From Leptogorgia sarmentosa (taxonomy: Eukaryota), in the NCBI GenBank assembly GCA_964658305.1, contig OZ210885.1, positions 7,688,001 through 7,752,000 of the forward strand: 64,000 nucleotides of DNA, read 5' to 3'. The position numbers and the translations under genes were made by a program. The first letter of the stretch is position 1, and every line of letters begins with the position of its first letter. Positions 31,601 through 46,844 of this stretch are shown piece after piece. The notes under the pieces were generated by a model that was not told where the DNA came from, made no database searches, and saw only the letters and a list, made by a program, of their open reading frames with translations.

Positions 31601-34600
31601 ACAGACTCTTCAAAAATATCATTCGAGAAATTCGAACTATTTTCTACAAGCGCAGCAGAGCCCATGGCCCAGAGTGGGCTGTAGCTTCCTCAATTTTTTG
31701 CTGGCTTATAATATGCTAACAAGAATATAGTAAGACTGTATAATCCACGCTTACAAATCGAAGGGATTACCGATCAAGAATGGCACGCAAAATCGCTTAT
31801 GCTGAGAAGGTTTAGCGTTATATTTTGCACGATACTACCTATACTGATCCACAGTGAATGTGCAGAAATTAAAAATCATATTCTGGTATATCAGATGAAG
31901 TTTGAGTTGCGCGCTGTAGTTAGGAGACATGACTCAGAATGATTTGTAAGTATTTGGAGCAATATATAGTAGGTCTAGTAGGTTTTAAAACTGAAAAGGT
32001 TAACCCAACATAATTTTTACATATCGCTCATACATAATGCACTGATATAATGACTGATTATTAGTGTGAAATTTCATAATATGCGCTGAAATATTCTCAC
32101 TGTTATGATGTGAGATATCTGCTGATTCACCTACAAGTATCAGTTGCCTTTGTTCGTGTAAATCACCGAAAGGTCTTGATCCTGATTTATAGATTCATAG
32201 ATTTACTATACACAGATTTATAGCAAATGTACATACAGATAATGTTTCTGCCAGACCAGGTCTATGAACTTGAGCAGCATGCTATATTTTTACGGTTTCG
32301 AAGTTACCATCTCAAGAAGGAACGAAGTTGGTTGTGTGCTAAGACACCCGCGAGTGTATCAAATTTTAGAAAATTGCATTATATTTTATAGTGACGTTGG
32401 ACGTTGGTTCGAATGATGAATTAAATTACTGAGAAATGCCTGTAAATTTGATAATTTAATATATGCACAACGCAGACGTAATCAGTGTTTGAAAAGCTGC
32501 GATACATAAACGCGGAACTTTATGAAGTTGTGGAGGTCGAGGTAGGCTTAGGAAATGAGCCAGACTAGAAGATTTAGCAGTTCCGCTTATAAATGAATAA
32601 CGTGATTGATAGACGACATTGAATGAGTGGTTATTTTCCATCCCTAAGTGTAGCTATTGGAGTGAGCATTCATGTTGCCTTAAAGACGTTTTATGCGCTT
32701 CATGCAATTCAAAACATTTCGGTTGCTAGCTCGCTGTGTCAGTCTAGCACATTATAAACACATTTCGTATCAAATATCATTATTTCATTTCATATGAGTC
32801 GCGGCTTCAAAGAAATGTTCCCAATGCGATTATTTCATAACAACTACGGCCTCATTCTTTTGGACACCACTACATTTATTTCAATCACCAAAATATTTAT
32901 TACATCGTTTTTCTGTTTGGCTTTATCTCACATCACTGAAAAGATCGTAGCTACAATAATATCCAACATACTTGATCTTCAAAATCCCAACTATTTTCTA
33001 CAAGCGCAGCAGAGCCCATGGCCTAGAGTGGGCTGTAGCTTCCTCAATTTTTGCTGGGTTATAATATGCTATTTATACTGGAGAGATTCTTGCTAATCAA
33101 GTGCTTGCATTAAGGTTAGCTCAGGAGTTAAGATTGCGCAATTAGTTATTGGTTGATTGAGAATGCTGTATCAGGCCATATTGCAGTTGAATGGTCTAAC
33201 TGAGCATTCTGGATGGCTTTTTTTGCCAACTCGTTAAAAACACAGTGGTTTACTGGTTTTCGCTTGTCGAGGGAAATATGAATTGTCTGGCATTACAATG
33301 TGTCCAAAGATAAGGTAGTACTGATCAAGGTGTATTTTCAATTGAATGGGTAAGTCATTGATAAGCATCGCTTTCTTGTTGTCAGTACGTAATATCATCT
33401 GACATCAGAGTAAAATAATAAAGTACATGATGGATTGGAGTTAATGAGTTCAAGCATTGACAATCAAGGTTATCTGCTTTAGTACCAATAAACATTTCCA
33501 TTATGCACTAATGTAACCCAGCGGTATTCACGAGAGGCTTCGGGAGATTGGCGATATATTCTGGTTTACTATTTTATAGCTAGATTTCCACACCTATTTT
33601 TAGGTGTGGTATCTATTACTAATTTTGAATGTTTTTTAAGTCGTAATTTTACAGTTACACCAACTAAACTATAACAGGCAGCCAAAATGATGTGCAATGC
33701 AATTTATAATTAACACAAGTCGTACGTAGTAGAAAGAGGCCATAGTCAACTGTGAGGAAATTAAACTGCGTATGTTAACCCCCTTTCGATACTCTTGATT
33801 GAAGTTTTATTTGTTTCCCAAGCAACATGCCATGTATTTTTAACGGGTCAGGTTTCAATATTTTCTCGCATTGCTCTTGGCATACGTACAGCCTAATGAT
33901 TTATTTCCACTTTCGTTTTGAAACTAAAAGAAGAACTTATCTATTTGTGATCCGAAGTCTTTACACTTTTATGTTTCGTACTTGAACGTAAAGACCGTAC
34001 GATATAGCACAAGAAAAGATTTATTCAAAATGTTGCGATAGACATACTCAAATAAAGGTAAGAAACATCATATTTCTAGTGTCAATTAGCCAACGCGATT
34101 ATTGTGGAATGCAGACTGTGTACACTCGCAGTTGCCTTTGTTCGTTGAAATCACCGAAAGGTCTTGATCCTGATTTATAGACTCATACTGAGATTTACTA
34201 TACACAGATTTATAGTAAATGTACATACAGATAATGTTTCTGCCAGACCAGGTCACTGAACTTGAGCAGCATACTATATTTTTACTATTTCGAAGTTACC
34301 ATCTCAAGAAGGAACGAAGTGGGCTGTGTGCTAAGACACCCGCGAGAGTATTTAATGTGGAAATTGTAAGTTGGTTCGAATGATGAATTGGAATCACTGA
34401 GAAATGACTTTAAATTTGATAAATTTATATAATATGCACAACGCAGACGTAAATCAGGGTTTAATCAGCTGCGATACAAAAATGCGGAACTTTATGGACT
34501 TATGAACCTCGAGGTAGGCTAAGTCGGACTAGAAGATTTAGCAGTTCCACTTATAAATGAATAACGTGATTGATAGAGACGACATTGAATGAGTGGTTAT

Positions 34601-37600
34601 TTTCCATGCCTAAGTGCAGCTATTGGAGTGAGCATTCACGTTGCCTGAAAGACGTTTTATGCGCTTCATGCAATTGAAAACATTTCGGTTGCTAGCTAGC
34701 TGTGTCAGTCTAGCACATTTTGAATACAATTCGTATCAAATATCATTATTTGATGTCATATGTGTCGCGGCTTCAAAGAAATGTTCCCAATGCGAATTTT
34801 CCATAACAACTACGGCCTCATTCTTTTGGACACCACTACATTTATTACAATCACCAAAACATTTATTACATCGTTTTTCTGTTTTGCTTTATCTCACATC
34901 ACTGAAAAGATCGTAGCTACAATAATATCAAGCATACTTGACCTTCAAGGCCATTGAGATTAGCTATTGTGCGCAAAGACGCGTTGAGACAGATATTTGC
35001 CAGATGTAATGTTTTAGCTTGCCACTCAAGTGATATGCATGTAGTGAGGATTTTAACTTGAAAAATACGTCGATCAAGATCTGCGTATGAAATTTGTTTC
35101 ACATTAAGTTAGGATGAGTAAACAAGAAAGTGGTTTCCATTTGACAAATAAAATTGTAGGGCATCAGAAAATGTGAATAATAATTGAATAGGACCTACAG
35201 TATCAAGATGGATTGCAATTTAGTGTGTTTACTCATGGGTTCACCACGCGTTCTTCTTCTCAATTAAATTCATAGAAGATCATTGTTATGGAACAAAAAT
35301 CTTTACGCTTTTATGTTTCGAAATTTTACACGGTAAAGACTGTACGTTATGACACAAAACGATATTTGCTGTATTAAAAATATTTCGATCGAAATGTAAC
35401 ATTCCTAGCTTGACTCGGCCAATGCGATTACTGCGGAATGCAGACTGCATGTACTCGCGGATATTTTCCTATGCCTTTGCAATGTAGAGTAGAATACAGA
35501 CTCTTTAAAAATATCATACGAGAAATTCGAACTATTTTCTACAAGCGCAGCAGAGCCCATGGCCCAGAGTGGGCTGTAGCTTCCTCAATTTTTTGCTGGC
35601 TTATAATATGCTAACAAGAATATAGTAAGACTGTATAATCCACGCTTACAAATCGAAGGGATTACCGATCAAGAATGGCACGCAAAATCGCTTATGCTGA
35701 GAAGGTTTAGCGTTATATTTTGCACGATACTACCTATACTGATCCACAGTGAATGTGCAGAAATTAAAAATCATATTCTGGTATATCAGATGAAGTTTGA
35801 GTTGCGCGCTGTAGTTAGGAGACATGACTCAGAATGATTTGTAAGTATTTGGAGCAATATATAGTAGGTCTAGTAGGTTTTAAAACTGAAAAGGTTAACC
35901 CAACATAATTTTTACATATCGCTCATACATAATGCACTGATATAATGACTGATTATTAGTGTGAAATTTCATAATATGCGCTGAAATATTCTCACTGTTA
36001 TGATGTGAGATATCTGCTGATTCACCTACAAGTATCAGTTGCCTTTGTTCGTGTAAATCACCGAAAGGTCTTGATCCTGATTTATAGATTCATAGATTTA
36101 CTATACACAGATTTATAGCAAATGTACATACAGATAATGTTTCTGCCAGACCAGGTCTATGAACTTGAGCAGCATGCTATATTTTTACGGTTTCGAAGTT
36201 ACCATCTCAAGAAGGAACGAAGTTGGTTGTGTGCTAAGACACCCGCGAGTGTATCAAATTTTAGAAAATTGCATTATATTTTATAGTGACGTTGGACGTT
36301 GGTTCGAATGATGAATTAAATTACTGAGAAATGCCTGTAAATTTGATAAATTAATATATGCACAACGCAGACGTAATCAGTGTTTGAAAAGCTGCGATAC
36401 ATAAACGCGGAATTTTATGAAGTTGTGGAGGTCGAGGTAGGCTTAGGAAATGAGCCAGACTAGAAGATTTAGCAGTTCCGCTTATAAATGAATAACGTGA
36501 TTGATAGACGACATTGAATGAGTGGTTATTTTCCATCCCTAAGTGTAGCTATTGGAGTGAGCATTCATGTTGCCTTAAAGACGTTTTATGCGCTTCATGC
36601 AATTCAAAACATTTCGGTTGCTAGCTCGCTGTGTCAGTCTAGCACATTATAAACACAATTCGTATCAAATATCATTATTTCCTTTCATATGAGTCGCGGC
36701 TTCAAAGAAATGTTCCCAATGCGATTTTTTCATAACAACTACGGCCTCATTCTTTTGGACACCACTACATTTATTACAATCACCAAAACATTTATTACAT
36801 CGTTTTTCTGTTTTGCTTTATCTCACATCACTGAAAAGATCGTAGCTACAATAATATCAAGCATACTTGACCTTCAAAGCCATTGAGATTAGCTATTGTG
36901 CGCAAAGACGCGTTGAGACAGATATTTGCCAGATGTAATGTTTTAGCTTGCCACTCAAGTTATATGCATGTAGTGAGGATTTTAACTTGAAAAATACGTC
37001 GATCAAGATCTGCGTATGAAATTTGTTTCACATTAAGTTAGGATGAGTAAACAAGAAAGTGGTTTCCATTTGACAAATAAAATTGTAGGGCATCAGAAAA
37101 TGTGAATAATAATTGAATAGGACCTACAGTATCAAGATGGATTGCAATTTAGTGTGTTTACTCATGGGTTCACCACGCGTTCTTCTTCTCAATTAAATTC
37201 ATAGAAGATCATTGTTAAGGAACAAAAATCTTTACGCTTTTATGTTTCGAAATTTTACACGGTAAAGACTGTACGTTATGACACAAAACGATATTTGCTG
37301 TATTAAAAATATTTCGATCGAAATGTAACATTCCTAGCTTGACTCGGCCAATGCGATTACTGCGGAATGCAGACTGCATGTACTCGCGGATATTTTCCTA
37401 TGCCTTTGCAATGTAGAGTAGAATACAGACTCTTTAAAAATATCATACGAGAAATTCGAACTATTTTCTACAAGCGCAGCAGAGCCCATGGCCCGGAGTG
37501 GGCTGTAGCTTCCTCAATTTTTTGCTGGCTTATAATATGCTAACAAGAATATAGTAAGACTGTATAATCCACGCTTACAAATCGAAGGGATTACCGATCA

Positions 37601-40346
37601 AGAATGCCACACAAAATTGCTTATGCTGAGAAGGTTTCGCGTTTTATTTTGCACGATACTATCTATACTGATCCACAGCGAATGTGCAGAAATTAAAAAT
37701 CATATTCTGGTATATCAAGTGAAGTTTAAGTTGCGCGCTGTAGTTAGGAGACATGACTCAGAATGATTTGTAAGTATTTGGAGCAATATATAGTAGGTCT
37801 AGTAGGTTTTAAAACTGAAAAGGTTAACCCAACATAATTTTTACATATCGCTCATACATAATGCACTGATATAATGACTGATTATTAGTGTGAAATTTCA
37901 TAATATGCGCTGAAATATTCTCACTGTTATGATGTGAGATATCTGCTGATTCACCTACAAGTATCAGTTGCCTTTGTTCGTGTAAGTCACCGAAAGGTCT
38001 TGATCCTGATTTATAGATTCATAGATTTACTATACACAGATTTATAGTAAATGTACATACAGATAATGTTTCTGCCAGACAAGGTCTATGAACTTGAGCA
38101 GCATGCTATATTTTTACGGTTTCGAAGTTACCATCTCAAGAAGGAACGAAGTTGGTTGTGTGCTAAAAAACGGCGAGTGTATCAAATTTTAGAAAATTGC
38201 ATTATATTTTATAGTGACGTTGGACGTTGGTTCGAATGATGAATTAAATTACTGAGAAATGCCTGTAAATTTGATAAATTAATATATGCACAACGCAGAC
38301 GTAATCAGTGTTTGAAAAGCTGCGATACATAAACGCGGAACTTTATGAAGTTGTGGAGGTCGAGGTAGGCTTAGGAAATGAGCCAGACTAGAAGATTTAG
38401 TAGTTCTGCTTATAAATGAATAACGTGATTGATAGAGACGACATTGAATGAGTGGTTATTTTCCATCCCTAAGTGCAGCTATTGGAGTGAGCATTCATGT
38501 TGCCTTAAAGACGTTTTATTCGCTTCATACAATTGAAAACATTTCGGTTGCTAGCTCGCTGTGTCAGTCTAGCACATTATAAACGCAATTCGTATCAAAT
38601 ATCATATTTCATATGTGTCGCGGCTTCAAAGAAATGTTTGCAATGCGAATTTTCCATAACAGCTAGGGCCTCATTCTTTTGGACACCAGTACATTTATTA
38701 CAATCACCAAAACATTTATTACATCGTTTTTCTGTTTTGCTTTATATCGTAGCTACAATAATATCAAACATACTTGACCTTCAAAGCCATTGAGATTAGC
38801 TATTGTGCGCAAAGACGCGTTGAGATAGATATTTGCCAGACGTAATGTTTTAGCTTGCCACTCAAGTGATATTGTAGTGAGGATTTAACTTGTAAAATAC
38901 GTTGATCAAGATATGCGTATGAAATTTGTTTCACATTAAGTTAGGATGAGTAAACAAGAAAGTGGTTTCCATTTGACAAATAAAATTGTATGGCATCAGA
39001 AAATTCGAATAATTAATTAATATGACCTACAGTATATCAAGATGGATTGCAATTTAGTGTGTTTACTCATGGGTTCACCACGCTTTCTTCTTCTCAATTA
39101 AATTCATAGAAGATCATTATTATGGAACAAAAATCTTTACGCTTTTATGTTTCGTACTTTTACACGGTAAAGACTGTACGTTATGACATAAAACGATATT
39201 AATTGCTGTATTAAAAATATTTCGATCACTGAGCTATACTTAATATATCTGGAAATCGGGCTCTCCACTTTGAAGTGTCGCCAAAAACATGGCGGATTTT
39301 ACGTCACACGTCCCCTATTCTCATGATGGTAATTACTGACCACAGTTGAAGTGTGTGCAGGCGCCGTTTCCAACCCTCCCTGGATTTTACGGTACGATTT
39401 TATATATAAATATATACTGCATTGCTGTTTTGATATTTTTTCAAAGAATTGAGATAAAGTATTAAAATTCTCTTACATCTCAAAAATATATTGTTGTATT
39501 TGTCGATGTACGCGCCTATAAATAGCGAACGCGATTGATTAAAGAGGAGTTGAGCACTTGACAAAGGAGTTGTGGCATCCGTAATTTATCTGAAATTAAA
39601 TGTAGTTCAGCAAATAAGTGACCGACCGTCGCCAACTATGTGTGCAAAAACGCGGCATGTTGATAATCAACAAAATTCAACGAAATATTGTTTTGAATTT
39701 AAAACTTTGACGTGATATTAGCTGGTATTTTAGTATTTTATTTTCAGACAGGGGGTGAGAAAACTGCTCACTTTCGGCAATGTTATTTGGTCAGTGGTTA
39801 GTCCCCTGAAATAGGGGACTTACTACGTCATAATGACGTAAATTTGGCTAAAATCCGCCATGTTTTTGGCGACACTATTTTGTACGGCGTTGTATTACGA
39901 CCCGATCTCCAGTATAGCTCAGTGATTTCGATCGAAATGTAACATTCCTAGCTTGGCCAATGCGATTACTGCGGAATGCAGACTGCGTGTACTCGCGGAT
40001 ATTTTCCTATGCCTTTGCTATACAAAGTCTTTAAAAATATCATACGAGGAATTCGAACTATTTTCTACATGCGCAGCAGAGCCCATGGCCCAGAGTGGGC
40101 TGTAGCTTCCTCAATTTTTTGCTGGGTTATAATATGCTAGCAAGAATATAGGAAGACTGTATAATCCACGCTTAGAAATCGAAGGGATTACCGATCAAGA
40201 ATGGCACGCAAAATTGCTTATGCTGAGCAGGTTTAGCGTTATATTTTGCACGATACTATCTATACTGATCCGCAGTGAATGTGCAGAAATTAAAAATCAT
40301 ATTCTGGTATATCGGATGAAGTTTGAGTTGCGCGCTGTAGTTAGGA
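28648..40346. repeat. Higher-order tandem array of ~1.95-kb monomers (X-Y-X-Y-Y-Y')
   Basis: CTAGAAGATTTAG.AGTTC recurs at about 28666, 30635, 32565, 34529, 36460 and 38388. The X-Y dimer period is ~3.9 kb with very high identity. Confidence 0.95.
39227..39924. mobile_element. Non-autonomous TIR element (P- or hAT-like) inserted in the last array monomer
   Basis: TIR CACTGAGCTATACT / AGTATAGCTCAGTG, subterminal IR GTGTCGCCAAAAACATGGCGGATTTT and an 8-bp TSD ATTTCGAT. The empty site is visible in the other Y monomers. Confidence 0.9.
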
Positions 40347-43300
40347 AAAAAATTTTGAGATTGTAATGAGGGTAGTATCGCATAGCTCTTGGCTACGTAG
40401 ACTGTGATTAATCTCCACTTTCATTTTGAGCCTCCAAGATGATATTTTAGAGCAGAGGTCTTAGTGAAATGTGGGCAACTGTGATGTATTTACTGAAATA
40501 GCAAAAGTCATAACTCTACCTGAATTTCACAAACGACATTTTAAGCCTTAGATAGATGTGTTGCCGTCATTTTCTCTTTGTATACAATATGGTTATAAAA
40601 TATGTTTGACTTTCACGTCTGATGGTAGCACGATAGAGAAATCGAACTGACATATTGATAGAAACTAAAGGAAAATTCAAGGAATTTTAAAACTATTTTC
40701 CAAGGCATTCTCAAGTTCTCGCAGGCTGAATTTTAATCTGCCGGAAATTGAAAGGGATTTCCCCTTTTCTCAAGCCATGTTCTGATTACACTCAGAGTTT
40801 TAATATTTTAGCCAGTCTGTGCTTTATTGTAGCAGTGAGTTTCATGTATTTCGTTCTCTGTCAACATAATCGCAATCTTACTACATTGACGAATATTTGA
40901 AAGTGGGGCAGGGAATAAGAAACGAGGTGAGTTTGATTTAAATGTCTAGTAAACCAAAGAAATTCCCGTAGGATTTCCCGTCACAGAGCTGCGAAGATGC
41001 CCTGTGTTAGGAAAGCAATATACCCGTTGAAAGGAAAATACGTTAGGCATGAACGAAATGACGGAACAAATATATTCAACCGTAATAAGGTTACAAATAG
41101 GTATAATATGCTCGAAATAATGAACGAACTGCGAAGGGCCAAAGCCGGAAGCTAATTCTTCATGTTGTACGTTTATATTTTGCCATACATGATTGTATTG
41201 ATTGCCATTTCAAGCGAGTTTATATCCCTATCAGAATTTATTTGCTGAAAACTCCACCAAAACCTAAAAGTTTTCGCTCTGTTAACACGGAATTTTTCAA
41301 TACTGATATTACTAATGCTAATAGAAATTGCTCACGAGGGGAATATGGCTTACTAAGCAAGATTTGCTTACAAATATTTATATCTGCATTTCATATGACA
41401 AGGTTACAATCATGATTTAATATTAGTGAAATAATATCAGCAATTACGTTGGCTGATAGAAGTCTATCAAAATTCACCTTCTCATTAAACAGGGTGCTCA
41501 TAACAATATATACTGTACACTTTGGTGAATTCAGTGGCTAATTTTGTCCCCTTCATTAATGATTTTTCCTACAGCTTCTCTAAGGCATTCCAGCCCATTC
41601 CATACAAATTTCTTGGCAGTGACTAAGCCAAGCTGTGTTCAGACATACATTAATAAATGATATAGAAACTCTAACCCTATCATCATTGACTTTATACTGT
41701 AGTACAGCATGCATCAAGTTGTATATTGCATCAGTAGTTTGTGACCTAGCTGGTGATTCCTAGCATGGCAAATAAGTCCAGAGCATTCCCTGTTACACAG
41801 CGCCTTCACTTGCTCTAAAAACACCACCAAAACCTCTAGCTTTTGCTCTGCTAACCCACATTCTTTCAGTACAATTATATTATGCTTAATATAAATTTAT
41901 TAAATAGTGAAGACAATTCTATTATTTGCCCAGCAAACAAGTTTTGTGTTACATATATTTATAGCTGTTTTATACCACAAGAATTCAATCATGTTTTGAT
42001 GTTACAAGGATGTCAATCTCCTGGGCTGATGAAATTACCATTCCCTTCAAGATTTTAGTAGCAGGGACACAATATATGTGTCCCCCATATTACATGCATT
42101 TTGCTTCTCTATTTAAGAAATTTATTTTACACTTAACACCCATCAAAAAGTAAAAACTACACAACCAGAAATTTGACAAAAAGACATTTTGGAGCATTTT
42201 AATACATTGCAGCAACTGTCCCAGCATGTGTATAATTTTTACTCAATATTAAGACGCATTAACTCCCCTCAAAAATTTTCACATTGAGTGAAGTTCTATA
42301 AAACCATATTGATTTACATACTGATGTTATATTTCACTGCAAATTTCAAGTGTCACAATTGAATTTAGCGTGTTTTTACCTCAGATTTAGATCAGATCTA
42401 CATATTTCATTTGTGTTTTGAAATCATAAGGCTAATAAGGGATTGGATTAGATTTGATTTGACTACATCAATCTGAATTGAGTCACAACTCATTCTGGAT
42501 TGAGTCAATTTTGATTTTGATTTCAATCTGGATGGATTGAATTGCTGATTGAAAATAATGCATTGAATGTGAAATCCTAATTTTATTGCAGAAAGAATAT
42601 GACTGGGCCTGAAACTGCAAAACAAATCATGCATGTTTTTTGCCCACATGGTTTCATTCCTAAACATACATAAACTGTCAAGCTAGACATGAATTTCTTT
42701 CTGCCACTTACTGGAAAAATCCCCCTGCCTCTCGCACATATTTTACTTTAATTTTCATTGTCAGATTTGTTAGCTTATGATATAAGTTTTATAAACTGTT
42801 TGAATCTATAAAACCTGACTGTCAGGAATTGTAACTGTGAGATTCCAGACCAGCATTCTGACCGACCGAGCTATAGAAGTCACCTGTTGAGTAATAACTT
42901 TAAGTTCATGTAGATTTATCTTGTATTTGTGCAGATGGTTGGTTGTTATTGCTCAGTTGTTATATAATACTGTCCAAACAAAATCAAACTGCCACAGATA
43001 CTGCCAAAGAACATTAAGTGTTTTACTTCCCATCCCTGGCCATGATCAGGTCTTAAACATGGTAGCTACAGTATATATAATCCTCACATTGATTACGTCA
43101 TTTATTATATATTCCTGTACTTTGCCGATATCTTAGAGTATAGATGGGGGGTGGGGGAGAACAAGGGGAGGGGGCACTGCTTTTTTAGTTTGAGCCATGT
43201 TATAATAAAGTAGACCACAACATTTAGTTGGTCTATTAAACATCAATGAAATTGTTGATTTCTTGTCAAAATTAACACTGGCTCTGCCCCATTTTCTTAT

Positions 43301-44126
43301 CTCCTTATAGAAATGTGATTGGTTCAGCTGTTGACATCATCCAACAACAATACATAGTGTGAAAAACTTGATTTTCAACCTGAATCAAGGCTTCCAAATT
43401 AGAACATTTAGTTTCCTGAGATTATAAAATAAATTAAGGTAAGTTAATTGTCCAGTAACAGACTTCAGAATGTGGTCAGTATTACCAGCGGATAACAGAA
43501 TCGACAAGCATGAGGTGGAGAGAGGAGATCGAGAATCAGTGTTGATAGTTAAGGAAAAGTGCACATGTTATTTTTATGAGGGTGAACATATTAACATCTT
43601 TGTTGTCAATGGTTTTCCAATATGGTTTTTATTTTAGTCACCTACATATATAGATTACTTAATGCAATTGTATATAACCCCATGTGTCTCTCATCTCCCA
43701 CAATATTTCCTGACAGTGAGCCCAGTTGTTCAAAATGTCAAACCTTGTGGCATCATTTAATATGTAGATAGTGGAAAAAAATTTGCTGGTTGTCGATAAT
43801 CAGTCATTGCACTCAGACATTAACCCAATTTCAACATAATGTTAAAATTAGGATTTCATTTTTTGTGGGTAGTTTCTCTCCTTTAGTATCTTTATCTCCT
43901 TTTGTATCTTTATTTCTAAATCTTCATGATTTTGCTGGATCTTCCCATTCTGTTGCCACAAATTACCCATGATCCGAGATCTTGCCATGCTCTTGCCAAG
44001 ATTGTATTATCATTCAATCATGATCTTGTAAGTTCCTGGCATAACACATGTTAAAGGCCTCGACAAAATTTTCCCAAAATGTTGCAAGATTCATGCAAAA
44101 TTTATCTTCATAACGTCTCGCCATGT

Positions 44127-45272
44127 CAACCTCGTACCCAGGCTCTTACCTCCGCTACCCGCCCCGCTACGGAAAGACCCTGGTATCGGCTGGTCACGTG
44201 ATAGCATGACAATTCTACTCCCGTGGGAGGGTGGGTGCCCAATCCCAAATTTGGCCCACTCGCGGTAGACATTCACGTAAATGTTGTAGCCATTTTGACT
44301 AATAAATACAATTTACATATTCCTGCATGCAAATTATTCTGTCAACAATTTTAATTTAGCATTGTTTGCGCGAACTCGCAGTCTCGCATGTCCTATAAGT
44401 ATAACTGGATAAAAAACAGTCGACTTAAAGGGGGGTTACAGTCCCTAATGTAAACAAACGCTTTGTTTACGTTTACATTTTGAGTTGCTATATTTGTAAA
44501 ACTTGATTGAACTACTGAATATTTGACACTTTTCGGGTTTGCTATGCTCCTAAAACAATATAAACCAGCGTTTCCAGGTGGACATAAACCAGGTGGTTGG
44601 GGGAAACCTCGACACATCGTTTGAAACGGCTTTGACTTGGCTGACTTTGGTGAAATAACTGCTCAGTTTCCACAATAATCTTTTGAAAAGCGACAGTATT
44701 ATTTAGTCTGCGCTCGCATGGTCTACATATTAGATGTGGCAAATTGGCCTCGTAAACAATTGGATGCCCGCAAATTTGTTCGGCAATCTTCAGCAATGTT
44801 CGATTTGAGGGCTTGAATATGTTCTTGCGGTGACTTGTTTCGCCAACAGCTCTGCAAAGTCGACAAGCAGACGAATCTATCGAAGTATTTGTAGCTGGAT
44901 ACACTTTTTTGGGGGTTTCCTTCGAAGCCATTCCGCCGGTAAATGAACTGAACTTCGAGACAAAAGCGCAATAGCACATGTCTTGATATGTAATTTGATA
45001 TGCTTTGCTATATAAGCAATGCTATATCATATTTCCTGTACAGCAAAGAACGCAGAGTCGCAGAGACAAATGCAAAATTCTTTCTCCGTGTATGAACGTT
45101 TCACAAAAAATTGTCAGGCTTTTACCTTGCATATCAATAATGCTACTCAGCCACCTACCCTAATGTATTTTTTTTGTTATCTCCCAGATTCTGGGAGACA
45201 CGTGACCAGCCGATACCAGGGTCTTTCCGTAGCGGTGCGGGTAGCGGAGGTAAGAGCCTGGGTACGAGGTTG
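44127..45272 (-). mobile_element. AcademH-related deletion derivative
   Basis: About 72-bp TIRs CAACCTCGTACCCAGGCTCT... and a 9-bp TSD TCGCCATGT / TCGCCATGC. ORF 44542-44979 has a CRLC...CRPC zinc finger homologous to the peptide in 15542-16556 (TPKK.Y...CRLC..VG...H.KN.F). Confidence 0.85.
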
Positions 45273-46844
45273 TCGCCATGCGTGATCAGCAGAAGATTGG
45301 ACGTTTTGAGCGAAGGCCCTTCGTTGGGAGTTACTTAATTACAAATTGCCGCCGGAAGGTGGGCCTTTACTCGAAACGTGAAATGTGTCGTTTAAGTAGA
45401 ACCTTTCTTTGCTGTCTGTTGATGTTGTTATCAGCTCTTCTTTGACGTTCGAGATCTTGTCATAATCTTTCTGGATCATCACATGTTGTTGTTGGCAAAA
45501 ACAAGCATGGGAAAAGTGGTCTGATGCTTAAAATGTAATATACAGATGTATACGGATGTATATATGGTGAATGTATTTCTATCGTATGCCTTTTGGTGAT
45601 GAATAGTGGCAGTGCTTGTATTTCTAATGAATTTTGAAATCTTCTTTAATTCTGAATGTGTGTAGTTGCTGTCCACCACGAAACGAAAGGCAAAAACCAT
45701 ATTTATTTGCGTTTGTAGGGAGTTCAATTCAAATTTGTCATTTGAGTGCAACGTTAAATTCAACTTTTCTAATGGTAGGATCGTATTAACGTAGAAAGGT
45801 ATGTAAGAAACAATAATGACAGATGAATTATAGAATGCTTTATTTTAAGCATTTGAATAAGGCCCTTAATCGAGCAAAACGAGCATCACTATTGATTACA
45901 CCGATATTCTTCTGTCTCGCGTATCCCGCGAGTCTGCAAGTATTCTACTGTGCACCTGAGACCATCCTTATTGTACACTAAATCTTGTTTCACTGCTATA
46001 CAATATTTAAGTAATTGCTACTATCACTGTTGTGCGAAGACTCGATTGACAAATTTGTACCATATCCAACAAGAAATTTTTTGCCAAAAATACACATCCT
46101 AAAAGATCAAAGTAATGAAACTTTTTTTTTGACTTCATGATATATTTCTGATTTCTCTAGGAACAATCTTTACTCAGGTCGCCTCTTGTGGAAATCAACC
46201 TAAGTTTTTGGTAAGTGTGTTAGTATATAATTTTTCAACGACTAATCTATCTATCTAGTACCTCTGCAAAACGGACATTGTTGCTATTTTAGTTTTTTGA
46301 TGTGTTGGCGTAACCTATAGCTAAAATATGTAGTGTTGGTTGACCTCATTCATCGTCCGTAATTCATGAACTATTTTAAATCCTCGCTTCGACATCCCCA
46401 GACACGGTTGATCCTACGAGATCATGTCGAGATTCCTTCATGATTCAGTAGTGATTTGTAAGCGGACAACTTTAGTGTAAAAAAGAGTAACTTAAGTGTA
46501 AAAAAGAGTAAGCGGACAACTTTATTCGAACGCTTGAACTGCTGTAGTTGGAGAAAACAGCCCCAATTATTGGCCAAAATCCACCTGTGTGCAAGCGTTG
46601 CTTAACTCATTCACGAGATCCGAAGCAATTCACAACACTATACAAATTTCACAAGATTAAATTTCTAATATTTTTTCATATTCGGACCATTTATATCATT
46701 TTTCGCCTCTTCTCTTCAAATTCTTTACCATGCGATGCTTACGTGCCTTAGATTTACTGTAAGAGTGTAATTATTACGCGAACCGCTGAGTATTTTCATG
46801 AAATACACTACAACGGTAACTCCGAATAACGTATAAGCATTTTG

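Noticed and set aside
28723..38793. Repeated ORFs in the tandem array (MSRGFKEMFPMR..., MKQISYADLD...)
   Set aside because: Lengths and frames vary between copies and no domain is recognisable; recurrence reflects the DNA repeat only.
28648..40346. CRISPR-like or guide array, or snRNA/5S/histone repeat
   Set aside because: Units are ~2 kb with no short repeat/unique spacer alternation, and I recognised no U1/U2/U4/U5/U6, 5S or histone sequence. C/D and H/ACA boxes were not convincingly paired.
41240..42000. Old ~170-bp direct duplication (41250 vs 41820)
   Set aside because: Low identity, AT-rich, and no coding or structural signal seen.
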